NCBI RefSeq assembly: GCF_004010195.1
Contig: NC_057739.1
Span: 41,771,275-41,823,213, forward strand
From: Chiloscyllium plagiosum
Lineage: Eukaryota
Direction of reading: 5' to 3'
Length of the DNA stretch: 51,939 nt
The position numbers were made by a program, and so were the translations under genes. Positions 37,223 to 49,645 of this stretch are shown here, one piece after another. How positions within the stretch are numbered: position 1 is the stretch's first letter; each line of letters opens with the position of its first letter. The notes beneath the pieces are model-generated. The model had not been told where the DNA came from. It did not search any database and worked only from the letters and a program-made list of their open reading frames with translations.

Positions 37223-37499
37223 CTGTACAATGAAAAACAAATTGCCCATCATAGGATGCTTGCTTCACCTCTACATTAAAAAAAATTTACATCCACTTAT
37301 TTGATGTCGTTGGTTCCTTTAAAAATAAATTAAAATAATAATAATCACTGTGAGAGTGTTTTCCCCTCTGGTTAGGGAACTTAGAGCACAAGGTCACAGT
37401 CTTAGGACGAAATCAGCATTTAGGACCGAGATGAAAACTTTCACCAGAAGGGCTGTGATCTTCAGAATTCTTTTTTTACCATGGATAGCATGGATTTCT

Positions 37500-38060
37500 T
37501 ATTTGTTTGTTCATGGCATGTTGGCGTTGCTGGCTGGGATGGCATTTATCCTTTGAACACTGGCTTGCTAGCCATTTCAGAGAGCATTTAAGAGCCAACT
37601 ACCTTGCTGTAGTTTTGGAGTCACACGCCAGGTAAGGCTAGCAAATTTCTTTCCCTTAAGGACATTAGTGATCCAGTGACAATGAACAATGGTTGTATGG
37701 TCAATATTAGATGAACTTTTTATTCCAAATTTTTATTCAGTTTTAATTTCAACATCTTCCATGGTGGGGTTCAAACACTGTCCCCAGAACACTAATAATA
37801 AAAACGTAGTATTGTAGAAATTCAGCAGGTCCGGCAGTGGAGAGAAAATGAGTTGGTACAATGACTCTTCTTTGGAACCAAAGAACAGTCATATCAGACT
37901 CAAAACATTACCTCTGTTTCTCCACAGTTGTGGTCAAACCTGCTGAGTTTTAATTTCAAATCTCCAGCATCTGCCATATTTTGCTTTTGTTCAGCAAAAC
38001 ATTAGTCTAGCGCTATGGATTACGAATCTGGTAACAGTATAATTGTGCCATTGCCTTCCC
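37500..38060 (-). mobile_element. tRNA-headed SINE with nested decayed hairpin PLE (family C-like, ~37800-37990)
   Basis: Family similarity. Inverted cagcaggt / acctgctg arms around agtcatatcagactcaaaac. Confidence 0.65.
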
Positions 38061-38729
38061 ATTTTTTTCTTGATTATATTGAAAACAGAAAGTCAATACA
38101 TTTTTAAACCTGAAGGGTATAGGGACGGTCCAAGAAAGTGGAATTACAGTGATAGAGCAGCCATGATCAAAATATAACTAGTGGAGTGCCACATGTATCA
38201 TCCCCATGACCCCAATTCTATTTATGTTAATGATTTAATATAGGAAATTAATATAGGAAAGTGTGAGATGATGTAGGAAGAGTCAAAGGCAAACTATCAT
38301 TGAAATGGAGAAAAACTCCAGCACAGAAGGTTTTGGGTATAATTACGTATGAAGCACAAAAGGTTAACATGCAAGTGCAGCCAGTAATTAAGCTAGAGGG
38401 TTGGAGTTTAAAATAAGGAAATTGTGTTACAACTATATAGCATGTTGGTGAGGCTGAACCTGTAGTACTACATGGTCAGACAGCATCCAAGGAACAGGGA
38501 AGTCAATGTTTTGGGCCAATGTCCTTAGGAAGGGTTTTGGCCAGAAACGTTGACATTCCTACTCCTCGGACGCTGTCTGACCTGCTGTGCTTTTCTAGCT
38601 TCACATCTATTAGCTCTGGCTTCCAGCATCTGCAGTCCTTACCGTCTCCTGGAGCTTTGGTCCCTGTATTTAAGAAAGGTGTATTGACATTGGAGAGAGC
38701 TCAAAAGAAATTCACTAGGCTGATTTTTG

Positions 38730-40202
38730 GGAAGAAAGTGAGGTCTGCAGATGCTGGAGATCAGAGCTGAAAATGTGTTGCTGGAAAAGCGCAGCAGGTC
38801 AGGCAGCATCCAGGGAACAGGAGAATCGACGTTTCGGGCATAAACCCTTCTTCAGGAATGAGGAAAGTTTGTCCAGCAGGCTGAGATAAAAGGTAGGGAG
38901 GAGGGACTTGGGGGAGGGGCGTCGGAAATGTGATAGGTGGAAAGAGGTCAAGGTGAGGGTGATAGGTCAGACGGGAGTGGGGGCGGAGAGGTCGGGAAGA
39001 AGATTGCAGGTTAGGAAGGCGGTGCTGAGTTCGATGGATTTGACTGANNNNNNNNNNNNNNNNNNNNNNNNNNNNNNNNNNNNNNNNNNNNNNNNNNNNN
39101 NNNNNNNNNNNNNNNNNNNNNNNNNNNNNNNNNNNNNNNNNNNNNNNNNNNNNNNNNNNNNNNNNNNNNNNNNNNNNNNNNNNNNNNNNNNNNNNNNNNN
39201 NNNNNNNNNNNNNNNNNNNNNNNNNNNNNNNNNNNNNNNNNNNNNNNNNNNNNNNNNNNNNNNNNNNNNNNNNNNNNNNNNNNNNNNNNNNNNNNNNNNN
39301 NNNNNNNNNNNNNNNNNNNNNNNNNNNNNNNNNNNNNNNNNNNNNNNNNNNNNNNNNNNNNNNNNNNNNNNNNNNNNNNNNNNNNNNNNNNNNNNNNNNN
39401 NNNNNNNNNNNNNNNNNNNNNNNNNNNNNNNNNNNNNNNNNNNNNNNNNNNNNNNNNNNNNNNNNNNNNNNNNNNNNNNNNNNNNNNNNNNNNNNNNNNN
39501 NNNNNNNNNNNNNNNNNNNNNNNNNNNNNNNNNNNNNNNNNNNNNNNNNNNNNNNNNNNNNNNNNNNNNNNNNNNNNNNNNNNNNNNNNNNNNNNNNNNN
39601 NNNNNNNNNNNNNNNNNNNNNNNNNNNNNNNNNNNNNNNNNNNNNNNNNNNNNNNNNNNNNNNNNNNNNNNNNNNNNNNNNNNNNNNNNNNNNNNNNNNN
39701 NNNNNNNNNNNNNNNNNNNNNNNNNNNNNNNNNNNNNNNNNNNNNNNNNNNNNNNNNNNNNNNNNNNNNNNNNNNNNNNNNNNNNNNNNNNNNNNNNNNN
39801 NNNNNNNGAGGTGATGAGGTTATGGATGGTCTGGGAGATGATGGTTTGGTGGTGGGGGGTGGGGTCATGGTCAAGGGGGCAGTAGGAGGAGGTATCTGCG
39901 AGCTGGCGTTTGGCCTCAGCGGTGTAAAGGTCGGTGCGCCAAACTACTACCGCGCCTCCCTTGTCTGCTGGTTTGATAGTGAGTTTGGGGTTGCAACGGA
40001 GGGAGTGCAGTGCTGCGCGTTCCGAGGGTGAGAGGTTGGAGTGGGTGAGAGGGGTGGGGGAGTTCAGGTGGCGGTTAATATCGCGGCGGCAGTTGCCTAT
40101 GAAGAGGTCGGGGGCAGGTAGGAGGCCAGCACGGGGTGTCCAGGTGGATGGGGTGTGTTGGAGGCGTGAGAAGGGGTCGTCAGAGGGTGGGCGAGAGGGG
40201 TT
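38730..40202 (-). mobile_element. Young Penelope-like element (family A parent) spanning the assembly gap
   Basis: SNLSPSERAALHSL...IKPADKGGAVVVW (PLE DKG motif) right of the gap. 3' end with intact core ATTC-CTGAAGA-A-GGGT ttat GCCC-GAAACGTC left of the gap. Inserted in a CR1 fragment (38240-40680). Confidence 0.85.
39048..39807. other. Assembly gap (760 N)
   Basis: Run of n. Confidence 1.
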
Positions 40203-40919
40203 CACTTATCATAAATGGCTAAAACAGGTTAGGCCTTTATTCATTAGCGTTCAGAAAAATGAGGGATGGTCTTACTGAAACATGCAAGTCTCTGAGGGTG
40301 CTTGACAGAACGGATGTTGAGGAGATGTTTCTGCTGATGGGGATATCTCAAAAAAGGGGACATCTCAAAAAAGGGGACAGAGATACAGAATAAGGGGACA
40401 TTCATTTAAAATTGAATTGCAAAGGAATTCTCCCAGATGGTAGTGAATGCCTTGAATTCCCTATCTCAGAGAGTTGTGGAGTCTATGTCACTGAAAATAT
40501 TTAAGGAGGAGATGGATTTCTTTTTAAACATCAGAGAGTTGAGGACTATGATGAGCTACACAAAAGAGGAGTTAGTCCTCAGGCAGGTGAGCCATAATCT
40601 TGACCATGAAAGGCAGAACAGGTTTGAGGAGCCAAATGGCCTACTCCAATTTCTATGTCTTGTGACTTTTCTTTCTTATGTTCAGAGATCTGTTGAAGAG
40701 GGAGTTCCAGAATTTTGGTCCAACAGCAGTGAAGGAAAAATTAACCAACAAGTCGTGAATATTCTCGAGGTCCCGTGATAAAAGAAAACACAACAAACTT
40801 GAGATTTATGCAGCCTTAACAACTAAATATAAATCAGAACTTTGATGTATCCATAAGTTGATAATACCACAAATTTATTGTAAAGTTCTTGTTGTCTATA
40901 ATTATAATGAAGGGATTAC

Positions 40920-41185
40920 CTGATACTTGTCAATGAACTGAACGTGAGGAAAATGGAGTGTTGACACAAACATATGGACATACTTGCTGTCTAGTCCTTT
41001 TCTGTAAAGGTTCTGTGCTATTAGTCGACTAACAAAGTTCTTTCCAGTGCCGCTGTAACCATGTAGAGACATGGTCAGGGGTTTCTGGGAATTAGGGTTA
41101 CTTGAAGAACCTTTAAGTGCTTTGATGATCACTTCACTTGCAATGTGCTGTCCAAACAGCTTGTTCGTGAAATCCTCCTCTAAAC
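40920..41185 (-). CDS. TOR1: Torsin C coding exon 2
   Basis: taatgtag|GT TTA ... TAT CAG|GTAATC, 266 nt. LFGQHIASEVIIKAL...KPLTMSLHGYSGTGKNFVS...TLHFPH. Confidence 0.96.
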
Positions 41186-41371
41186 CTACATTAAAGAACA
41201 GCAAAAAACAGTCCTGTTAAAAAAGGAAAAGCATTTTTGAAGCATACAGCATTTCATATGACCCCTGGCCAACAAAGTCATTTTGAAGTAAATGTGCAGT
41301 TTTAATATAGGCACCACTTTGCCAGCAGCAAGCTCTCATACGCTGCACTGTGAAACCATTCTACTAAGCTG

Positions 41372-41580
41372 GGGAGAAAGTGAGGACTGCAGGTGCTGAA
41401 GATCAGAGTCAAGAGTGTGGTGCTGGAAAAGCGCAGCAGGTCAGGCAGCATCCGAGGAGCAGAAGAATTGACGTTTCGGGTATAAGCCCTTCATCAGAAT
41501 GAAGGGCTTACGCCAGAAGCATCAATTCTCTTCAGATGCTGTCTGACCTGCTGTGCTTTTCCAGCACTACACTCTCGAGT
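41372..41580. mobile_element. Hairpin PLE mini-element (family A)
   Basis: Arms pivot at agcccttcatcag|aatgaagggct. Minus arm keeps CTGATGA-A-GGG..CCC-GAAACGTC. Confidence 0.85.
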
Positions 41581-41611
41581 TCTAATCTGTATATTAAATG
41601 GCAATGACTGG

Positions 41612-41960
41612 ACAGCATGATGGCTCAGTGGTTAGCTCTGCTGCCTCACAGTGCCAGAGACCCAGGTTTGATTCCAGCCTCAGGTGACTGTCTGTGTGGA
41701 GTTTGCACATTTTCCCCATACCTGCGTGGGTTTCCTCTGCATGCTCTCATTTCCTCCCACAGTCCAAAGATGTGCAGGTTAGGTGGATTGGCTATGCTAA
41801 ATTGCCTATAGTTCACAGGATGTGTAGGCTAAGTGGATTAGCCAGGGGAAATGCAGGGCTACATAGATAAGGGAGGTCTGGGTGGGATGCACGTTGGAGG
41901 ATCATTGGGGACTTGGTGGGCCAAATGGCCTGCTTCCACTCTGGAGGGAGTCTATGAGTG
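41612..41960 (+). mobile_element. HE1/V-SINE-type SINE
   Basis: A/B-box head, V domain and CR1-like tail. Confidence 0.9.
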
Positions 41961-42594
41961 AGGGTGATTGATGCTGGTTGAGGACAGGGGGAATGCTCCC
42001 CTCTTGAAAATCGTGCCATGCCATTTTTCACATCCACCTGAGAGGGCAGGTTGTCCTGTATTTACAAGATGGCTTCTTTGAAGGTACAGCATTCCCTCCA
42101 TACTGCATTTAGGGCTTCAGCCTAAATTTCTACCTCCAGGTTTCTGCAGTCCGATCTCAATCTAATACTGTACTTCTCAAACTTTTTCCCATCATGATCC
42201 CAAATTGACTTTCGAAAATTGTTGCAACCCCTCAGCGAGAATTGAGGGACAAAGAGCTGCATTTACATCAGAGGTGAAGCGTTGTTATAACTTGGTCAGA
42301 AATTCACGATGGCCATTGATACCTTAGAGCTCTTAATCCCAAAATTTCAGCTCATGACCCCACTTCGGGTCCTGACCTCTACTTTGGGGAGCCTTGATCT
42401 ACAACCATCTGTCTTGAATGTCAGTCTGCTACCAACAGTGCCACAAATTAAACTGTTGCTGATTACATTCCAATGGCTGTAGATTAATCCATTGACAATG
42501 ATAACGCGACATTACAGACCATTGAAAACAACACTTTTAATGGATTCATATGTGGATAATTTACCAATAGTTAGATTACAACAAGATCACAATC

Positions 42595-43670
42595 CAGGCT
42601 CACGTTCCATAGAATTTAGAAGGTTAAGGGGAGATTTGAACAAAGTTCATGAGGTGTTAAAGGAAACAGATCGGGTCAATAAGAAAGCTGCTATTTCCAC
42701 TGGTTTGGACAGGGGATTGGGATCTTGGATAAGGAGGGGTCAGAGTCTAAAACTTCGAGTCAGATCTCTTTGTAGTGAAATGAGGAAACATTGACACACA
42801 AAGTATAGACTGGTTAAGCTGAATGGCCTACTCTGTGCAATATATCCGACGTAATCGTTTGCAGTCTTAGCACTGTGAGTACAAACTGTATTCTCCAGCA
42901 ACTAACAGTAAGATTTGAGCTATAAAAATCAATAACATGCCAAGAAAGATTGAGTCATTATCACTTGTCCATACAATGGCAGTTTAGGAGTATTCTCACT
43001 GAAGCTGTAGCAAGAATTGTAATTGGATGTCAGTACAATTACAACATTTAGATGGATACATGAATAGGAAAGATTTGGAGGGATATGGACTAGGAGCAGG
43101 CAGGTAGATTCAGTTTAGTTTGGGATTATGTTCGGCACGGACTGGTTGGACCAAAGGGTCTGTTTCCCAGCTGTGTGACTCTATGTACTTGAGAGGGTAA
43201 CAAGGCAATTTATAAAGATGTTGTCAGGTTTGGAAAATTGCAACTATGAAGGAAGACTGGATAGGCTGGGGTTGTTCCTGTACAGAGGAAACTGTGGGGA
43301 AATTTGATTGAGATGCACAAAATCGAGAGAAGCCTGGATAGAGGGAATGGAAAAGGCTTATTTAGCTAAGCAAGAAGATCAGTAAATAGGGGACAATGAT
43401 TCAAAGTGATTGGTAGATTAGTGAGGAGATGAGGTACAGATTTATACCCAGACTGTGGTAGGAGTTTGGAATGCAATGTCTGAAAATGGAGTGAAGGCAG
43501 AAACCCTCGGCTCCTTTAAAGGTGTCTAGATTTGAACCTGAAGTTCCATAACTTCCAAGACGAAATGCTGGAAAGTGTGATTAGGCTGCTTAACATGTCT
43601 TGTTTTTCAGCAGTCACAGGCAAGATGGGCGAAGTGGCCTCTTTCTGGTTCATAAACCTTTTACAATTCT
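42595..43670 (+). mobile_element. Cluster of CR1/L2 3' fragments
   Basis: RRLRGDL..V, LDGYMNRKDLEGYG and tail motifs. Confidence 0.7.
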
Positions 43671-43851
43671 ACGAAGAATGCAGTGGTATTAAACAAAGTA
43701 TAGTTAGGTCAGGAATCTCAGGGCATGTTTCTGAGGTACTTTCTTGAAGCTTGAATTGTAGTTAGCTGTGCTTAATGTAGCAATTGTCAAAGGTGAATTT
43801 TGTGTCTGCAACAATAGCTGCCTTTATCACCTTCTTTCACACTTGTAACAA

Positions 43852-44025
43852 AGATGTGAAGGAGCTGATGTTGGACTGGGGTGGACAAAGTTAAAAATCA
43901 CACAACACCAGGTTATAGCCCAACAGGTTTGTTTGAAAGTACAAGCTTTTGGAGCGCTGAAAAAGCTTGTATTTTCAAATAAAACTGTTGCACTATAACG
44001 TGGTGCTGTGTGATTTTTAACTTCT
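43852..44025. mobile_element. Hairpin PLE mini-element (family B), core collapsed
   Basis: agttaaaaatcacac / gtgtgatttttaact arms around aagcttttggagcgctgaaaaagctt. Confidence 0.78.
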
Positions 44026-44236
44026 AACAAAGTCAAATGTCCCAAGATGCTTCGGCATGTTACATTTCATAACAAAACACAAAATGGCCAAAGTTCCCAA
44101 CCCTATAAACAAATCTGCAGTACACTTAATCATGTTATAATAGACTGCCACTGAAAGGGCTAACACAACAATATCAGAATAAAGCACACAGTTAGAAGCA
44201 TTTTAAGTTATCAGTCCTTAGATATGAAAGCTTGAC

Positions 44237-44369
44237 CTTTTATATCCAGTGCTATCCAATTGTCGTCACAGTCCTCGCATTTGGTGTAATTAATGTACTT
44301 GTTCAGTAGCAATCCCAGTACGCATGCTGTGACACTTATAATAACCAAGGGGACGTGTTGGCTTGCCAT
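44237..44369 (-). CDS. TOR1: Torsin C first coding exon
   Basis: GAC ATG G context with an upstream in-frame TAG. MASQHVPLVIISVTACVLGLLLNKYINYTKCEDCDDNWIALDIK, 133 nt, phase-1 donor AAAG|GTCAAG. WIALDIK|G parallels torsin B WVPLDVK|G. Confidence 0.82.
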
Positions 44370-44784
44370 GTCTGGTAGGTCTGCTCCTGCAACGTTCTAT
44401 TCTCATCTGAATGACTGAAAAACAATTAAGACAGTTTGAAATGCTTAGTCACAGCCTTAATAAACTGAAATGTTCTTTGTTCTATGTTTTGGGTATTGCT
44501 GGCTCACCCAGCAGTTATTGCCCAGAGGGCAGTTTAGAGCCAATTACATTGCTTTGGAGTCACATGTATGCAGTCCAGGTAAGAGTCAGAGTCCTACAGC
44601 ACAGAAACAGGCCCTGAGGCCCACATGGTCCATGCCAACCAAACTGTCTATCCATGCTAAGCCCATTTCTCTGCACTTGGCCCATATCTTTCTAATCCTT
44701 TCCTATACATGTATTTGTCCAAATGCCTTTTAAATGTTGTTAATGTACTCACCTCAACCACTTCCACTGGCAGCTCATTCAATA

Positions 44785-45345
44785 GTCAAACAGTGTGGTG
44801 CTGGAAAAGCACAGCCGGTCAGGCAGCACCTGAGGAGCAGGAGTCAACGTTTCAAACTTAAGCTCTTCATCAGGAATGAGGGGGTGGTCCAAAGGGGCTG
44901 AGAGATAAATGGGAGAGGGGTGGGGCTGGGGCTAAGGCAGCTGGTAATGCAATTGGTAAATGAAGGTAGGGGGTGAAGGTGATCGGTCGGAGAGGGGGGT
45001 AGAGCGGATAGGTGGAGAGGAAGATAGACAGGTCAAGAGGACAGTGCTGAGTTGGAAGGTTGGGGGGGGTGGGGAAATGAGGAAACTGGTGAAATCCACA
45101 TTGATCCTGTGTGGCTGGAGGGTCCCAAGGCAGAAGATGAGGCGTTCTTCCTCCACGTGACGGGTGGTAAGGATTTGGGGTAGAGGAGGCCCAGGACCAG
45201 CATGTCCTTGGCGGAGTGGGAGGGGGAGTTAAAGTACTTGGCCATGGGGTTGGTGGGGCTGTTTTGTACATGTGTCCTGAAGATGTTCTCTGAAGCATTC
45301 CTGTTGCTCCCAATGTGGTCTCCTCTACATTGTGGAGACAGGACG
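44785..45345 (-). mobile_element. Penelope-like 3' fragment (family A, GIY-YIG C-terminus)
   Basis: EEERLIFCLGTLQPHRINVDF, with a decayed hammerhead at ~44845-44878. Confidence 0.82.
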
Positions 45346-45359
45346 CTTACTTGCAGAAA

Positions 45360-45633
45360 GCTTCAGAGAACATCTCGGGGACATAAACCCAAAACTAACA
45401 TGATCATTCTAAAAGATGAAAGACTTAAGCTAAATTTGTTTAATATTACATTCCATGACACTGCAATCCTGTTGCTATAAAGTCTGCATCTTATGATTCT
45501 GCTCCACAACCACCTGATTAAGAAGCAGCGCTTCAAAAGCTAGTGCTTCCGATTAAACCTGTTGGACTATAACCTGATATTGTGTGATTTTTAAGTTTGT
45601 ACACCCCAGTCCAACACTGGCACCTCCACATCA
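45360..45633 (+). mobile_element. PLE 3' end (family B) with decayed hammerhead
   Basis: CAC-CTGATTA-A-GAAGC agc GCTTC-AAAA-GC-TA-GTG at ~45511-45545. Confidence 0.72.
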
Positions 45634-45959
45634 CAAACTTCAAACTGTATAACAATTTATACCATATGAGGAACAAAATGCTGATTGGTTAGCAACTGAA
45701 CTCTGGTTGCGGTTTTGCCATGCAAGGGAATGCAATATTAAACACTATCCCTCCAGCTCTTCTCTAATTGAAAACGACCAATGCCTGTACAAATTCCTTT
45801 CATAGTGTCACAGAGTCATAGAGTTGTACAGCACGGAAACAGACCCTTTGGTCCAACTCATATCCTAAAGTAATCTAGTCCCATTTGCCAGCACTTGGCC
45901 CATATCCCTCTAAACCCTTCCTATTCATGTACCCATTTCACCACATAGAGAACTAAACC

Positions 45960-46570
45960 CTGCCTATAAATATGTATAGTTTCTGGCAAGCAAAGGTGAC
46001 CACATTGCAAATCCTACTTATATTCTTAAACTGACTTCTAGATATTAAAAAATCTTAAATTGTTTGTTGATGTAATGCTCAGTACAGTCAGCATTGTTAA
46101 TTAAGTGCTGCCTTATCATGAAATCACATCTAATGTTGAACACTATGTTCTGAATTTTGCAAACATAGGTTGGTTGAGTATGGTCAGTATTCTGTTTGTT
46201 GAGAACAGCCAAGTGGACATGCTGATTGTTAAAAAGTAACCAGTCATTAGGACGTACAGCCTACATACCTGGCATCACACTGGCATTGGTATTCATATGT
46301 CATATTACTCATTTGTATGATAGAAAGAACATGTTGATGACTTAACCGCAACATCCTGCTGATGGAGAACACAATTCGTATTGCTAGCGAAAGAAGCAGT
46401 GTAAAACAGCTGGCCTCAGCTTGTTCGATGTTTTGAGACACATTATTCCTCCAGGGTAATTTGAGGTAGACTGGGCACATGTCAGGACTGAGAATGGTGG
46501 CATTAGGGTTGGCCTATGTTCGTACACAGAACACTGTCTGTGGCAATGCCTTGACCAAACAGAGTCCACT
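45960..46570 (-). mobile_element. Further Penelope-like GIY-YIG remnant
   Basis: PVYLKLPW...SNMTYEYQCQCDARYVGCTS. Confidence 0.7.
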
Positions 46571-46699
46571 TGTCAACTAATCAGCAACTTGTTTCTCAAG
46601 CAGTGTAAATTGTTGTTCCCTTTGAAAATTAGCATTCTTGTGTCTGTCCAAATGAGTGGAAGAGAAAAACTTATGTTTCTTTATTCCAGAATAATCAAA

Positions 46700-47220
46700 G
46701 TCTATACCACCAAGCAACTAATTCTAAATTCCAAGGAATGAACCCTAGTATTCTCTTTCCTCGAAATTTAACCATTGGATTAAAGGTGACATTCTGGTAA
46801 ATCTATGCCTCACCACCTCCATGGCTAATATATAGTCTTCCTAAGTGGCTGAATATTCCAACTGGTCTAACCAAGCCTTTGTATAATTGAAGTACAACTT
46901 CTATCTTCTTTTTTCTAATGCTATAAGATTAAAAAGAAATCATTCCATTAGACCTTTTGGTTATCTTCTGTACGCATTTGCAACATCCTAATGATCCACA
47001 GACTTGGATACAAGTCACTTCTAGTTTCTCATCATTTAGAAAGTACCCTGCCCTCCTCACAGGTTTCAAGTGGACGACATCACATTTGCTGACACTAAAA
47101 TGCATTTGCCATAGTTTTACCCATTTATCATTTTATCAATTTCTGTTTGTAATTTTGCACTTTCACCTACATTGCTTAGAACGATACTTATCTTCCTGTC
47201 ATTGACAAATTCGGATAGAT
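46700..47220 (-). mobile_element. Old CR1/L2 fragment
   Basis: Remnants of WQMHFSVSKCDVVH and YTRLG(RP)VG. Confidence 0.6.
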
Positions 47221-48774
47221 GTTTTCTTTAATTCCATCATCAGCTATTTGGGAAGTCATTTGTCAATTAAATCCCCACTCAGACATTTTATTAATGCCAT
47301 TGTGTTTGATCACAGAATGAGCTGGACATTCCCACCTTGGTCTTTTGATGGGCACCATGAGCAGATTTACCTCGTTAAAATGCATTAGTGAATGAGATGG
47401 GCTTTTACAATAATAGTTTTGTTATGTCATTACTGAGATTAGTTTTCAATTCCATACTTAAATTGATCAATTTTAGTTAAAGTCAAATTCCACCAGTGGG
47501 ATTTGAATCTATGTTTCTAAGGTGTTAACCTGGGTGTCTGGATTACTAATCCAGTGACATGTTGGATACAAGAGAAGGCTGAGGACAGGAAGCATGCTTG
47601 CACTCTGGTCACTGTCCTTTGATGTACACATTGCAATTTATTTTCATCTTGTTTCAACCCTGTGTTGTGTATGAACCCACTGGATTGCAGACACTGTGCA
47701 GTACTGATATTACTGCTAAACTTTCTCCCATTAATAACTCAACTGACCTCCTTCGCTGGTTGCCAACTGTGTTGCTGTCCACTTATACAAGCCACCTCCA
47801 AGAAAACCAGAAGTTGGAAACAGATCTGCATTATCATCTTACTTCCTTTGTTCTAATTTTCCCAACTTCACCCTCTCCGCTTCCAAATCTACTTCCCGGG
47901 AAAAATATCCCTATCAACCCCACCACGCATAGGTCTGATTCCACATTCCTAATTCTTAGATGCAAATTGTGAATAAAGAGGGACAGTCATCATAATCCTA
48001 CCAGATTAGAGGGCTTTTCTGTCATTAAAGAGATGTAACTACTTTAATCTGAGGGTTACTACTCCTCAGACAAGGGGAGAGAGTGAGGAGAGTTCTTCAG
48101 CTGGCGTGGGAATTGAACCCACACAATTAGCGTCACTCTTCATCACCATCCAAACAACTAAGCCAACTGACAGTCACCTTAGTACTGATTCCTGAGGAAC
48201 AGCACTTATGCCAGTCAGTAATAGCCCCCATCCAGTCTGTTTCTAGCTAGCTTTCTGACTTCCATTCTCTGATTTTAGTGATAAGTCTTAGGTATGGTAT
48301 CTTTTCAAACCTGTAAACATGACGTATCTAATACATTAACAAACTCAGAGAATGCTGGAGAAAATTCGGCTGGTATGGCAGCATCTGTGAAGAGAAATCT
48401 GAAGAACAGTCATGATGAGCTGCCAGAGGAGGTGGTGGAGCTTGGTATAGTAGCAGCACTTTAAAGGTATATGAATAGGAAGGCTTTAGAGTGATATGGG
48501 CCAAATGCTGGTAAATGGGACTAGATTAATTTCTGATATCTGGTCAGCATGGATGAGTTGGATGGAAGGGTCTGTTTCTGTGCTGTACATCCCTATGACC
48601 CAATATTTAATTCAGATTTCTAGCATCCATAGTAATTTGCATCTTATTAGTTGATGAACCGCACCTATTTTTTTCTGAAACCTCTTCAATGAAATCAGTA
48701 AGATTCTTAAAACCTGACGTCTCCATTGGTAATCTGCCAATAAGTCAATCACAGATATTTTCCTAATCAATCTG

Positions 48775-49070
48775 TTCAGAGATCATTAAATCCCTACAGT
48801 GTGGAAACAGTCCATTCAAACCCAGGAAGTTCTGAACGACTCTCCAATGAGCAGCCCACCCAGACTCACCCTATCTCTTGAAATCCTGCATTTCCCATGG
48901 CCAATTCATCTAACCTGCATATGGACTGTGAGAGGGAACCAGAGCACCAAGAGCAAACCTACATAGACTTGGGAGAATATACAAACTCCCCACAGACAAT
49001 CACACAAGGCTTGGATTGAACCCAGGTCCCTGAAGCTGTGAGGCAGTAGTGCTAACCGCTGAGCTACCAT
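48775..49070 (-). mobile_element. HE1/V-SINE-type SINE
   Basis: Reverse complement of the 41612 family. Confidence 0.85.
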
Positions 49071-49294
49071 GACATTTTATGACACAATGTTAAAGCAGTT
49101 GGGACTTGAACCTGAGCTTCTGGGCTCAGAGGTAGAGAGATGACCGCTGTGTCACAAAAGCCCATAAAACAAACTGCTGAAGACTTGCACAACAATTGGC
49201 TGTAAAAGACAAATCTATTGTTTGGTTTCTCCTAGTGATACATGAAACATGTCAATGGGGGCAGACACCCACAGGTTCAGTCCCTCTTCTTTAT

Positions 49295-49645
49295 TTATTT
49301 CATTCATGGGGTGAGGGCATCACTGGCTAGGCAACATTTATTGCCTATCCCTAGTTGCCCAGGGGGCAGTTAACAGTCAACCACATTACTGTGTATCTGG
49401 AGTCACATGAAGGCCAGACCAGGGTAAGGATGGTAGTTTCCTTCCCTAAAGGACATTAGTGAATCAGATGGGGTTTTCCGACAGTCAATTCATGGTCATC
49501 ATTAGATTTTTAATTCCAGATATTTTATTGAATTCAAGTTTCACCATCTGCTGTGGCAGGATTTGAACCTGGATCCCCAGAATATTATCTGGGTCTCTGG
49601 ATTAACAGTGCAGCAATAATATCACGAGGTCATTGCCTCCCCTTC
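49295..49645 (-). mobile_element. Full-length tRNA-headed SINE with L2-like tail
   Basis: Minus head GGGGAGGCAATGACC..., B box GGTTCAAATCC, tail ATGAATGAAATAAA. Second copy at 49900-50165. Confidence 0.8.

Noticed and set aside
38908-40205. Long ORFs of 287-412 aa
   Set aside because: Artefacts of translating through Ns. Only the ~130-aa DKG part is real and it is transposon-derived.
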